From: the human T2T-CHM13v2.0 reference genome, Homo sapiens
Assembly: GCF_009914755.1 (NCBI RefSeq)
Contig: NC_060930.1
DNA length: 64,000 bases
Direction: 5' to 3' (one strand)
Below the pieces are notes generated by a model that was given only the letters and a program-made list of their open reading frames with translations, was not told the DNA's origin and did no database searches. Made by a program: the position numbers and the translations under genes. Shown in pieces: positions 32,450-45,799 of the stretch (position 1 is the stretch's first letter; each line of letters begins with the position of its first letter).

Positions 32450-33418
32450 GAGTGGATGCTGGTAAACCGGCTCACTGGCAAAAAAAAAAAAAAAAAAAAA
32501 AAAATCCTGATGTAGGGTGTATTAGTCTGAGTTCCCCAGAGAAACAAAACAGATAAGGAACTGGCTCAGGCAATTTGGAGGCTGGTTAATTCAAATCTAC
32601 AGGATGGGCCAGTGGTTCAGGAGATGCAAGTAAAGCCAATGTTTTAGTCCAAAAGCCATTGAGCAGGAAGATCCAATGTTCCAGTTGAAATCTGAAGGCA
32701 CTCAAGTGTAAAATTCTCTCTTACTCAGGGGAAGGTCAGTCTTTTTGTTTTATTAAGGCCTTCATCTGATTGGATGAGGCCCACCCACATTATGGAAGGC
32801 AGTCTACTCAAATCCACCAGTTTAAATGTTAATCTCATCCAAAAACACCTTCCCTATGGCCAGGCATGGTGGCTCATGCCTGTAATCCCAACACTTTGGG
32901 AGGCTGAGGCGGGAGGATCACTTTAGGTCAGGAGTTTGAGACCAGCCAGGCCTACATGGCAAAATCCTATCTCTACTAAAGATACAAAAATTCACAGGGT
33001 ATGGTGGTACATGCCTGTAGTCACAGCTACTTAGGAGGCTGAGGCAATTGAATCGCTTGAGCCTGGGAGGCGGAGGTTGCAGTGAGCCGAGATCACGCCA
33101 CTGCTCTCCAGCCCGGGCGACAGAGCAAGCCACCATCTCAAAAAAAAACCCTCCAAGAAACACCTAGAATAAATGTCTGACCAAGTACCTGGGTACCCCA
33201 TGGCCCAGCCAAGTTGACACATAAAATTAACCATCACATAGTGCTTGCCAAAATTCATGGTATAAACACTCCCATCATGGCCATGATATCACTGAACGCA
33301 GAGTTGGAACGATAAACATAAAACTGGCTCTCCCTAGCTGATATAGCTCCCTATCAGATAGCTCTCCCTGGAGAGCCAGTTATATGCATATTGATCCCCA
33401 GCTCCAGCTCACCAATGG
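32450..33418. mobile_element. Nest: MER63-like hAT element > MLT2 LTR (~32518-33238, -) > Alu (32858-33150, +)
   Basis: The MLT2 5' end reads as reverse TGTGATGGTTAATTTTATGTGTCAACTTGG; MER63-like halves lie on both sides. Confidence 0.7.
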
Positions 33419-33733
33419 AGACTGATGTTATATATTTTTTAATATTTATATTTGTGTTTATCTGTATGTATATACATACACACACAGTTCAGCTTTTCTG
33501 TGTTCAAAGATAGCCTGAGGACAGTTTTAATATGCTTAAACAAGAAAATCTGAGAGCATGGTGTCTTGCCGATACAAGCAATTATATTGGTTTCTTCTCA
33601 GCTTTGGTCATCTTCGATTTCTACTAATATTCTCTTATGGTGAAGGAAATTTTACCAAGGCAATAAATTAAACACAGAGAGAGAGCTAGTTTTTTTTTGG
33701 TACTGGAAACATACAAAGCCATCATTTCTAATT

Positions 33734-33823
33734 TTCAAACATATATGTCACTTATTTTAACTTAATCACAAGAAGCCCATACTTCTTATGATTAAGTTAA
33801 AATAAGTGACATATGTGTTTGAA
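33734..33823. repeat. Long inverted repeat: 42-bp arms, 6-nt loop, 40/42 complementary
   Basis: TTCAAACATATATGTCACTTATTTTAACTTAATCACAAGAAG-CCCATA-CTTCTTATGATTAAGTTAAAATAAGTGACATATGTGTTTGAA. Confidence 0.95.
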
Positions 33824-36399
33824 TAAGTGACTCTCCATCCACAGTGCAGGAGAGATCTCTCATTTCACCCTATGTTGTGTCCCCTAAAATGTTCCTAAGT
33901 AACTTCTCATTCACAGTAAAAATTCAAAATAGGCTTAATTAGAGGCCACTTTCCTGTGCTATGGAAATTTACTTAATCCAGCTTATTCCTTTTATAATTA
34001 GAACACCTGTAACAAAGGACTGAAAAGTACATTACCAACAGCATAGTAGGAAAGAGATGGGGAGGAGGGGGACACTGAGTTCTATATGTGGTCATTTGAG
34101 TTTAAAGAAAAATCCATATCACAAATGCTTGCTTTAATAAAAGTATTTCTTTAATTTAATAAGATAGGAGGAAGAGGATCAGGACATTCCATCTCATGCC
34201 AAACTTTGATGGAACTGGCTAACATCACACTAGTGTTGTTTTTTTTCATAGGGATTAAAAATCATCTATTTGAGCATCTCCATGGTCAGTCCATTTAAAA
34301 AGCTTTCTTAGCATAATAATGCTAGGCCAATCAATTATTTTTAAAAAACATACAGTCGAAATAACATTAATAGGGAGCATATGACTTTTCTCACCTAGAC
34401 CCTATGGAGATTGGCAAAGCCAGCAGTCAGGAGTTAAAGCACACTCTGCCCCTGGCAGAGATGGCAGAAACAGGGAAAAGAGATAGGCACCCACATTGAC
34501 TTACAGGTAAAAACTGGCCTTCTTATATATCTACATTTTGAGTGGGAAAAGGGATCACAATGTTTATACAGTTCAGAATAATTTTGGTGGCTAAAGCAGT
34601 TCCAAAGAATTCTAAATTCCTCTCTTTGTCTTCCGAACACAGCTTGCCGATTAGAATTTTTCCAGCAGCTCAAGATGGGAAAACATTCAAGCTAAACATA
34701 ATCCCAAGTTCTCTTTATATTTATCCTTTCCAAGTGGAAGCATCATGGAAATAGGTTTTATTTCCCTCAACCCCCTCAATTTAATCCTCTGCTTTCAGGT
34801 CATCTTATCTCCCAATGAATCTATTTTTAGCATCCCTTATTAATCCCTTTGATTCCCTTATCTCTACTATCATCATTTCCTGAAGCAGAACATAATTTCC
34901 TGATGCAGGAAAAATAAACCAAAATTTCCCGATCCAAAAGCTAAATTACTATAAAGCTACCAGAGGATTTTAGACTTTCATAGTCTTGAAACTGTCTTTC
35001 TGACTTATTCTGATATATGCCTTCGAGTAAGCAGATGTAGAAAGTGTGTTGCCAGAAAAGCATCCACAATGTGAACATAAATCAAATATAAATTAAGTTC
35101 ACTCTGAATGAAACACTATGTTTACTTTTCATATAGTACAGGTGGATTTAAAAAAAAAAAAACCTTTTTAGCATCTGGAACATGTCTGGAGCATGGTACT
35201 AAAAGTTCCTACAGAGTCCATTTACCCATTTGCCACTCATCTTTCTTTCTCTCCACTTTTTGTTGGGTCTCATTTATTCAGTAATTCAACGAATATATTT
35301 TGAAACCTACTATATATACAGCAGTGAGCTAAGCATTGGAAACAAAAGAGAATAAACATGGAATGCACCCTCAGCAGCAACCAGCCTGGTGAAGGAGACA
35401 GACTTATAAGTAAACAATGCAATAATGGTAACATGATAGAAGTAAGCTCAGGAGACCGTAAGGGGAAATTGAGGAGGGGGTCAGTTCCTGAGGGAAAGGA
35501 GGAACCACTGTGTGAGGGAAGCCAAGGCCATCGCTTCAAAAACCAGTGAGGATTCAACAGGGACAAAGTCAAGGAAAGACCTGCTGGTCAGAGAGAGGAG
35601 GATGCATGAAGGCACTGAAAAGAAATGATGAGCCAGGCAGCTAGCGATGAGTTCACAATAACAGGTGTTATTCCACCTTTTCCTTTACTCACACTAAAGG
35701 TAGTTAAGTGGTGACCCTCTTTTTATTAAGAGGAAGACTGAAGGCTCTCTAAGGTTCCTGAGTGTAGAGCTTATTAAATCTGTGTAACTAAGTCAATGGG
35801 AGGATATGCTCTCCTCAAACTGCTACGCTTATGCTTCACCTCAGGAATACATGTACTTGAAGAACTTAGAAGGAAGAAGGGACACAAAACATACAGCACC
35901 AGGACCCAAGATTCTGCCAAGAGCATATTCATAATTCTATGAAAATGCAAATATTTATATGCAGAGTCATACCTCCAAAAACAGTATCAGTAGGTAACTT
36001 CAGCAGAGACTGGCAACAGCATAGGAGGGAAAAGAGCAGGTAAGAGGGAGAATTAATTAGATGCATATGTACAATAATTAAAGGATAAAAAGGGCACCAG
36101 AGACATGCTGCCTGTTTCACAGTTTGATCTAAACTAATGCTGGTAGCCAAAAAAGCTTTTTTTTTAACTAGCTCAGCTAATGCAGAACACACAAACATCA
36201 TTTTATCTATTAGTCATTTCTGGATTCATTTAATGAAATAAGTTTCCCATTATATGATACCAAACTAGTACCCAACCCAGAGTCTCATAAGGCAATGCTA
36301 CCAAATCTTAAAAAATAAAAACAAGACAAAACAACAACAAAAGCCTGGAAATGTTAATGTTAAATGCTATCTGAATTTTTCCAGAGATTAGCAAAAATG

Positions 36400-38710
36400 T
36401 GGGAGATCCAAAGGTTTTATAAAGCAAATATAACATTGAAATAAAAGCCTGACATGGATTTCCCTGAAAGAGAAAAATTAAGACCAATCTCAGATATAAA
36501 TATTAATACAAAAATCCTAATTACAATATCAGCAAGTAGAATCAGTAGTGCATTAAAAGAATACAATATGATGAAGGGAGATTTGTTACAGAAATTCTAG
36601 AAGTGTCTAGAAGTGTCTAGGGTTAGAAAAGTTCCTATTATATTTCACAGGTCTAAAAAGAAAAACCATACAATCACCCCCTTTGACGAAGAGAAAAAAA
36701 TTAGAAAAAAATGAGCAACTGATCTTGACAAAAATGTTCAATAAAATAGGAATGCATGAGTCATTCAGGATTGGGTCCTTTCAGGAAAACAGAGAGCACA
36801 TTAGATATTTCAACAGGAGGGATTTAAAAAAGAGAATTGTTTAAACAGGTACTAGAGGACTAGAACAGCAAAACTAGGACACTGAGCAACCTGCAGACCA
36901 TAAATGCAAGGAAGCAGCTACCACCTCCAGTTTGAGGGGTTCCAAAGGATGAGATTAAGTTACAAGATCATGGGAGCTCAAAGGAAGGGCCCCACAAAGC
37001 TGGGGCTCAGACCTGTGAGAAGGGGGCACTGCTCAGCTGCTCAGCTGCTGTTAGTTCTTTAGGAGCTCAGAGGAGGGAAGTGCATCTGAGTTGGGGCTTA
37101 TACCTCTGAGGTGGGAGCACTGCCTAGCTGCTGCTGGTACCTACAAGGCGGAGTGATGAGGCTGGCTCTGGCAATCTAGAAAAATAAATACATAAAGCTG
37201 AGGTGAGATACCCCTACTTGGGGCACCTCTGACAGGAAGAGCAAGAGAGACAGGGAGTGCTTCTCCCCACTTCCCCTTTCCAAGCTCCCTTTAGTACCTC
37301 GTATTGGCAGAGCCCACCAGAAAGTGCTATCATTTTCCAAACCCCCTCCAGTGCCCCCTATTGACGCAGCCCACTGTGCTATCAAAGGAGTCCCAGCCCC
37401 AACACCAGAGAGTATAGAATAGAAAGGTGAGGTGAAGCTGGAAGACCAAGAGTAAATGACCAGCAAAGATTTATCTCAACCCAAAAGCCCACTTATGCTA
37501 ATTAAGGAAACATCAGAGACTTTCCCAATAAAGTCAGAAACAAGAAAAAGGTACTCACTCTTATTTCTATTATTTAACATTTTGCTGGATGTCCTAGCCG
37601 ATACAATTATACAAGAGAAATAAATAAAATGCAAAAGTTGGAAAAGAGGATATACAATAATCACTATTTGCGGATGATATGTTATTACACTTGGAAAACC
37701 CAAGAGATTCTACTATAATAAAATCCACTACAAACAGTAAGATAAGTTAGCAGATTATAAGATTAAGATAATGAAACCAATAGCTTCACTTACAGAAACT
37801 ACAAACGGAAGACATAATGTAAAAAAGACCTGTTTTTAATCACAACCAAAATAAAATACTAGATATACTTTTACAAGAAATATGGAAGAAATACATGAAA
37901 AAAACTCTGCCAAAAAAGAAGAGTTGAACTAACAGAAAAGTATACCTACTGATAGGAAAACTAAAAATCATAAATATTCCATTTATCCTTTAATAAAATT
38001 CACATTTAACATGTTCAACAAAAATACTGATTTTTTTTCCTTTGGAATTAGACAACCCAATTCTAATATTCACATAGGAATAAAAAGAATACAACTAAAA
38101 GAGTATACCAATAAGGGAGGACTAGAACATATTATGAAGCTTTGATAATTAAAATAAACCATTGTAAATGGCCATGTGATCATATTTACCAAAATCAAAA
38201 TATGTAAATATTTGATTCCATAATTCTCCTTCTGGGAATTTATCCCACAGATAACATTTGCACACATGTAAAAGGCTAAGGTTTTACATTTCAGCATTGA
38301 TTGTAATAATGAAAGATTAGAAAAATCCCAAATACATTAATAGGCGGATGATTAGCTAAATTATGTTCATGCGTTCAATAGAATACTATGCACCTACAAA
38401 AAGAAGTATTTCTCTATGGAAAGCTCTTCAAGATACATTGAGTGAATAAAACAAGATGCAAAACAGTGTATACAATATACTACTATCCATATAAAAAGGG
38501 TAAAATAAAATATATTTTTATTTCCTTGTGTATGGAAAAATAATGAAAGGATTTAAGAGAAACTAAGAATAGTCATTACTTAGATTTCCTCTTCCAGAAA
38601 TAAAAAACAAGAATGAGATAAAGAATTCTCACTGATATACTTTTATATGCTTTGATTTTTGAATCACGTAAATGTTTTACCTTCTCAAAAATCAAACAAA
38701 TAAAAACAAT
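36400..38710 (+). mobile_element. Old L1M remnant interrupted by an ancient LTR-like insert (~36760-37465)
   Basis: Degenerate ORF2 RT-region motifs (TCACTATTTGCGGATGATATG, i.e. SLFADDM) and 3'UTR. Confidence 0.65.
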
Positions 38711-40204
38711 AACAGCAAAGGCTGCCACACTAAATTTTTAATCCCCCAATTTACCCTTTAATTCTATACAAAACATATATAAAATGTTAATAAACCCAAT
38801 TTACCTTTAATTCTATATAAAACGTATAGAAAACTTTCAGATAAATGCAGGCATAGCCAAAGAAGAGAAGAAAAGAAGCATCAAGAGAAGAAAAGAGCAT
38901 CAACACTAAATTCAATGAATGATTCATTTCTTATCTGATCACCCATCACTGTAAGATAAAGGAAATGAAAAGAGAACTCCTCAAAGGTAGAGACAAGTCT
39001 TATTCAACTTGATTGTATTCCATTTAAGTTTCTGACAGAAGCTCCTCTCAGTTGGGTTAATAAGACCAAGCCCTTCAGAACTAATGGCACAAAGTGAGCT
39101 AGCCTCCAGGATCTGGTAATTGTGTATGGGTAAGGACACCAAAAGGTAAGGAAGGTGATGATGGTTTGCAGACCTCTGGCCTCATCTTGTAGCACTCAGT
39201 GCCTAGCCAACAGGCCTATGCCGTATCTTGGTTTTTCAGGGCCCTAACTTTGGGATCTACTAAAGTAGTTGCAGCAAAGCTATTACCTAGATTCCAGTTG
39301 TTGAAAAGATCTAAGGCAAGAATTAATGACTTCGAAGAAGGGACAGCTTGAAGGAAACCCAGGCATTTTTCCTAACCTTTTATCAGCAGCCTGTCTTGTG
39401 TGTAAAATGTTTTCTTGAAAACACACAAAAAAATGAAATGTGTAGGAATCTCATGAGAAACTGGATTTCAGGGCCCAAAAACTAAAATATAGGATTAAAA
39501 ATCTTTAGTTATATCTTCCTTTTTGTATACAATATTCAATGATAGATTTCCAGAATTCCATACAGTTCCTTGCTTTTGCTTCTTTTCCTACCAATAAAAC
39601 AGATTCTAGACGGGCTTTAATTCAGAGAGTATCCACTTGAAGCTAAGAATTTCTTCTTTCTGGCTCACCTGATTTTTTATATCTTTATCTGAAGTGAATT
39701 GCTATATAAGACCTAATTTCCCATCACCAGCATTATCAGTAATTTTTCTAGTGTTCATTCATTTATATAAGAAAGATATGAAAAAGCAATAAAATATTCA
39801 AATAATTGCACAAATGCTGCTGAACAAAGACAGCAATGTTGCTGAAACTGGTTACAGGCAGGCAGCTCTCAGAATATTCCTTTGTCACGATTGCATGACA
39901 AAATCCAAAACCCTTGCATGAAAACATGTTTAGGATGTCATTAATATACAATGTGAAAGAGAAGGTTATATACACAGTCAGAAATTTGAACACGAAATCA
40001 ATCACTTATATTGTGGAATTCAAAATCAAAACACTTCCTGCTGCCTCACTGTCAGTCATTTATAGCCTGGCATAAATTAGGTTGATGTGATAATCTCCTA
40101 ATTATATCTAGCTGCATTCCTCAGTAAAGAAATGGCATTTTGATTGGAGTTGAGGGTAGAAGTTTGGGAAAGAAAGGCAAAGGGTATTTTGGAAGCTCAG
40201 GGGC

Positions 40205-41439
40205 TGATATGGTTTGGCTCTGTGTCCCCAAAGAGTGCTGTGGCTTCAGAGGGTTCAAGTCCCAAGACTTGGCAGCTTCCATGTGGTATTGAGCCTGCGA
40301 GTGCACAGAAGTCAAGAATTTGGGTTTGTGAATCTCCGCCTAGATTTCAGAAGATGTATGGAAATGCCTGGATGCCCAGACAGAAGTTTGCTGCAGGGGC
40401 AGGGCACTCATGGAGAACCTCTGCTAGGGCAGTGCAGAAGAGAAATGTGAGGTCAGAGACCCCACATAGAGTCCCTACTGGGGCACTGCCTAGTGGAGCT
40501 GTGACAAGAGGGCCACCGACCTCCAGACCCCAGAATGGTAGATCCACCAACCGCTTACACTGTTGGCCTGGAAAAGCTGCAGACACTCAACACTAGCCTG
40601 TGAAAGCAGCCAGGAGGGAGGCTGTACCCTTCAAAGCCACAGGGGTGGAGCTGCCCAAGAACATGGGAACCCACCTCTTGCATCAGTGTGACCTGGATGT
40701 GAGACCTGGAGTCACAGAAGATCATTTCGGAGCTTTAAAATTTGACTGCCCTGCTGGATTTTGGACTTGCATGGGCCTTTGTAACCACTTTGTTTTGGCC
40801 AATTCCTCCCATTTGGAACTGCTGTATTTACCCAATACCTGTAACCCCATTGTATCTAAGAAGTAACTAGCTTGCTTTTGATTCTACAGGCTCATAGGCA
40901 GAAGAGATTTGCCTTGTCTCAGATGAGACTTTGGACTTTCGGGTTAATGCTGAAATGAGTTAAGACTTTGGGGGACTGCTGGGAAGGCATGATTGGTTTT
41001 GAAATGTGAGGACAGGATTGGTTTTGAAACGTGAGGACATGAGATTAGGAGGGGCCAGGGGCTGAATGATATGGTTTGGCTCTGTGTCCCCACCCGAATC
41101 TCATCTTGAATTGTACTCCCATAATTCCCATGTGTTGTGGGAAGGATCCAGTGGGAGATAATTTGAATCATGGGGGTGGTTTCCCCCAGACTGTTCTCGT
41201 GGTAGTAAATAAGCTTCAGGAGATCTGATGGTTTTATGGGGGGTTTCTGCTTTTGCTTCTCTCTCATTTTCTCTTGCCACCAACATGTAAGAAGTGCCTT
41301 TTGCTTCCCGCCATGATTCTGAGGCCTCCCCAGCCATGTGAACTTTAAATCCAATTAAACCTCTTTTTCTTCCAGAAAAAGTCTTCCAAACCTAGTCTCA
41401 AGTTTGTCTTTATCAGCAGAATGGAAGTGGACTAATAGA
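40205..41439 (+). mobile_element. Internally deleted THE1 element: ~25-bp 5' LTR stub, 3' internal region, full 3' LTR (41067-41439)
   Basis: TGATATGGTTTGGCTCTGTGTCCCC at both 40205 and 41067; polypurine tract before the 3' LTR; TSD GGGGC at 40200-40204/41440-41444. Confidence 0.88.
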
Positions 41440-41799
41440 GGGGCATTTAAGGGAAGAGCAATTCCTTGACCAGGGTATTCTGGAAAGCCACAGAACAGGC
41501 ATAGGAGGAACAGGCAGCCGGGAGGCAAGAGAAGGGTGGGAGAGAAGGAGGAGGGAAAACAGCTGAACTGAAGTTCAACTACTCTGTATTTTCTCAAATA
41601 TGCCTGGTAACTCTAGTTTACTCACTTAATTCCATTCCTATATACATCAAATATTTAGCCAACATCAAATATTCAACAAATAGTAAGTGCCTATTCCATG
41701 CCAGATGCCACACAAGGCTATGGATACAAGATAAAAATTACATACCACCTGCCTTGGTGTGTAAATCCCCATATCTGGTGCCCTCATCCAGTACCAGAG

Positions 41800-42560
41800 T
41801 GAGATGGAGCAGGGACACTTCTTAGGGGTCTGTGGGTCCCAAGCATAGAAATAATAGAAAATCCTGAGTTCCTTCAAGGGAATTTCCAGGTACCTAGGTC
41901 TCCCTGAGAAATAAATGAGCAACTAGATAAGCAAGAAGGTAATAGTAGCTTAAAACAATCTCCCAGGAAGTTAAAATAATACAATGTTTGGTTCTCTATA
42001 GAAAGTAAAGATAAAATCTTAACATATGTTCCTGAGTTGTTTTTCAGAAACCCAGACCCCCACCGAACAGCATGTAGACCTCAGATAGGAGGAACTGAGG
42101 ACTGATCTCTGACCACTTCTCTTTGCTGTAAATTTCTTCCTGATGGTCCTGAAAGAAGTCACACCAGAAACCAGAGCTAACAATCTTTTCTGCTGACCCA
42201 GATCTTAAACAAAGCTTCCCTTCCTTAACCAATTGCAAACCAGAAAATCTTTTAATCTACCTATGACCTGCCCCCACTTCAAGATATCCCACCCTTTGTA
42301 GGCCAAACCAATGTGTAACCTCTGCATATTGATTTATGATTTTGTCTGTAACTTCTGCTTTCCTAAAACTTAACCATGCCTTTAAGAACTCGACTTGCAA
42401 GCCATTGAGGAGATCAGGTCTTTCAGCATAAGCTGCACTATTCTCCTTGCTTGGCACCCTGCAAATAAATGCCCTCCTTTCTTCCACTGCAAACCTCAGT
42501 GTGGATGTTTGGCCTTACCGTGCCAGGTGAGCAGGCCCCAGTTAGTTCAGTTCAATAACA
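41800..42560 (+). mobile_element. ERV1 solo LTR (LTR48-like, subfamily uncertain)
   Basis: TG...CA termini, AATAAA, 4-bp TSD AGAG. Confidence 0.78.
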
Positions 42561-43570
42561 AGAGGGGAGAATGTCCAGGAAGACTAAGGGAAGAATGTGA
42601 GATAAAGAAAGGAAGAAAATGTGTTTAATCCTCATTTTTAAGTAGAAATGGGAGTTTGTAACAACAACAAAAAAGTAGAATAGAGGGGTTCCAGCATGAG
42701 CAATGGCATGAAAACAGAATGGGGTAGGGAACCAAGCAGCTGGGTCTTGTTTGAGTTTAAGGTGTGCATTAGAGGTATGTGGGAGCTGATACCAAGAAAG
42801 GGTGTACTTATCCTGTAAGCAACGGGAAGCCATTAAGCAAAGAAAAGCCATTAAGCAAAAGGAGTGGAAGATCAGATCTTATTTCAGATAGCTTACTCTG
42901 CCAACAGTATCATAAAAAGTGAACTGAAACCCAAAGCCAAGGAAACCAGATAACAGGCTTTTGTAAGAGCCAGTTCCTACATTGTCTCTGGCTTAAGGGC
43001 TTTTACATTTGTCACTATTACATTTTGTTTTATTTTATATACATATATATATTTTTTATTTTTTAGAGATGGGGATCTCACCATGCTGCTCAGGCTGGTC
43101 ACAAACTCCTGGCTTCTAAAAATCTTCCCATCTCAGCCTCCTAAGTAGAACATTTTATTTAATTAGATGCTACTCATCTTTCTAGCGATTGCCTTCACCA
43201 GGTGACTGCAATTTATCCTCAAACAGGGACACTTTTTAAGATGGGATGCTAAAACAACAGACTTAAACTCAAATTCTCCCCCTCCTCAGCCCCTACCAAA
43301 GGGCTAATAGAATCTGCCCATCACTGGGGGTTGTTAGCATAACACATACTTGACCCTCAAAAAATGGCAACTCTTGCTTTTCTACTTAGTTTTTATTTTT
43401 TTAATTTGGAAAGCTAACAATAATAAATCACTTTTGTTATGGTCTGGGCTTATAAATTCCAGCACACTGCCTGGAAATGCGTTAGCTCAAGAGGGGGACA
43501 GTTTACTAATTTGTCAATCATCAGCCCACTAGTGCACTTTTATATACATATAAAATATACATATTATATA

Positions 43571-43578
<8 letters not shown>

Positions 43579-43636
<58 letters not shown>
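43579..43636. repeat. (TA)29 microsatellite followed by a GA-rich tract
   Basis: Counted directly. Confidence 0.95.
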
Positions 43637-43640
<4 letters not shown>

Positions 43641-44692
43641 GAGAGAGAGAAGGAGGGGAGAGAGAGAGAGAGAATATGACATGGAGAGAGAGAATTAAGG
43701 CACACTAATGTCTCCATCACCAAAATGGAGAGATCATTGGTTTTGTGAACTATCTCAGATTGGCTGCCCTCTGACATTAAGGATGCCTCTAGGCTGACCC
43801 TTCCAATAACTTCCAACTCTCAGTTTAACATATACTCAGAAAACACAAAATAATTTTAATATTATTCTTAAAAAAAATTAGGAAGCTATATATTCTTTAA
43901 AAAATATTGTAACATATTCCAAAGCCAAATATTGATGTCCACTAAAAGAGTTTACTAGTGTTTCTTTGAGCAACTTAGGTAAAAAAGAGTTAACTAAATA
44001 TATCTAAAAAGAAATTTCTTGTTAGCTTCATGGATGATTCCCATACTGTCACCCTATCAATTGGCAGTATCTCCGTTTTCCTAAGCTACACACACTACTT
44101 CAGCTTTAATTAAAAGGCCCGTTGCCATAGTTTCTCGGCGAACAGCTCAAGGCATGCTTGAGTCCATTATTAACTGAAGTTTCTAGAGAAATTGTAATAT
44201 AGCAGTAGCCAGCCAAAATTTCCCAATTTTATCTCCCACCCAGAACAGCTGATGATTCAGACATACAGCTAGGTAATCCAAATATTTCAAGAGAGTCTAA
44301 ACAATTAAGAATGTATTTGGGATTCACTTTGGGATGCCCCACAACCGTTTTTAAAACAAGAGGCAGTCACACTCTAGATCAGTCTGAAATGCTCGCAACT
44401 GCCTGCTGCCTGCTGCGTGCAGCTCACTGCAGAGTGGGCAGTAGCAGGAATATACTATTTAATGTTCTTTTAATGATTCTTCAAAGTTGGTCAGTTAGTT
44501 ATTTAAAACTTGTTAATGGTCTACTGCTTAATTACTTCTTAATGTGAAATTTCTACTCTTTGTAAACTCATCAGTAAATATGAAGCGATACATATTGTTT
44601 TCTTTAAAATCTGCAAGTAGTTCTTTAACCTCAATCTATTTTATGTACAGAAGTTGGAGACAAATGCAGAAAATATAAAGAATAATGAGATT

Positions 44693-45068
<376 letters not shown>

Positions 45069-45799
45069 CTAAAAAATTTGTATAATGGTAAAATAAATGG
45101 AATCTTCAGTATTTCATGAGTTATATGTAGCAATACACATCTCTACCAGCATCATCTTACCAACTGTCAAAATCCTACAAGATTTTCTAAAGGGTAAATA
45201 AATAAAAAGAGAAAAGTAACAAGCTTGAAGTGGATGGAGGACAGACTAGTTAAAGTCAGTTCGTGTTCCCATTTACAATAAAGTAGAATAAGCATGTCTC
45301 TCATTGAACGCAGCTGTAAAACTGAATAGAATGCATTGAGCAGCTACTTGAGGATTCTGAAACGTAAACAGCAGCAGGCCAATTGAAGTAAAAAGGCCAA
45401 AATTCAAAGTATATGAAAACCAGTGGTGAGTTTGCCATTTTTGACCTCCATTATTCTCCAGACTGAATGCAATGCAGCAGTGCAGCCTGAAACCCAGAAA
45501 TGGGTACTGAGGTTCAGATACAGAGCTCCAGAAAAAGTGCCCTAATTCTGGGTAGCGAGGTGAGAAGGAGAATTCTTAAGACTCAGAGAAAGTACAGAAA
45601 TCACTCATTTTTTTTTCTTTTCTCACAGCCCCTAAACAATACCACAGGCAGGGCAAACTCCTATTCCTTTACGTTTGGTTTTTATCTTCCTTCCTGGATG
45701 CAAGTGCGGTCACAGAAGTGTGCAACAGGACAGGATAACAAAAGCCCCAACTTTTTGGCTAGACAAACAAAAAGGGAATCCGAAAGTACTATCAACCAT

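Noticed and set aside
40144-41354. 150-aa and 136-aa ORFs as genes
   Set aside because: They are translations of THE1 internal and LTR sequence.
44120-44165. RFX-like GTTGCCATAG and p53/p63-like AGGCATGCTT
   Set aside because: Each is only a half-site, too weak to call without data.
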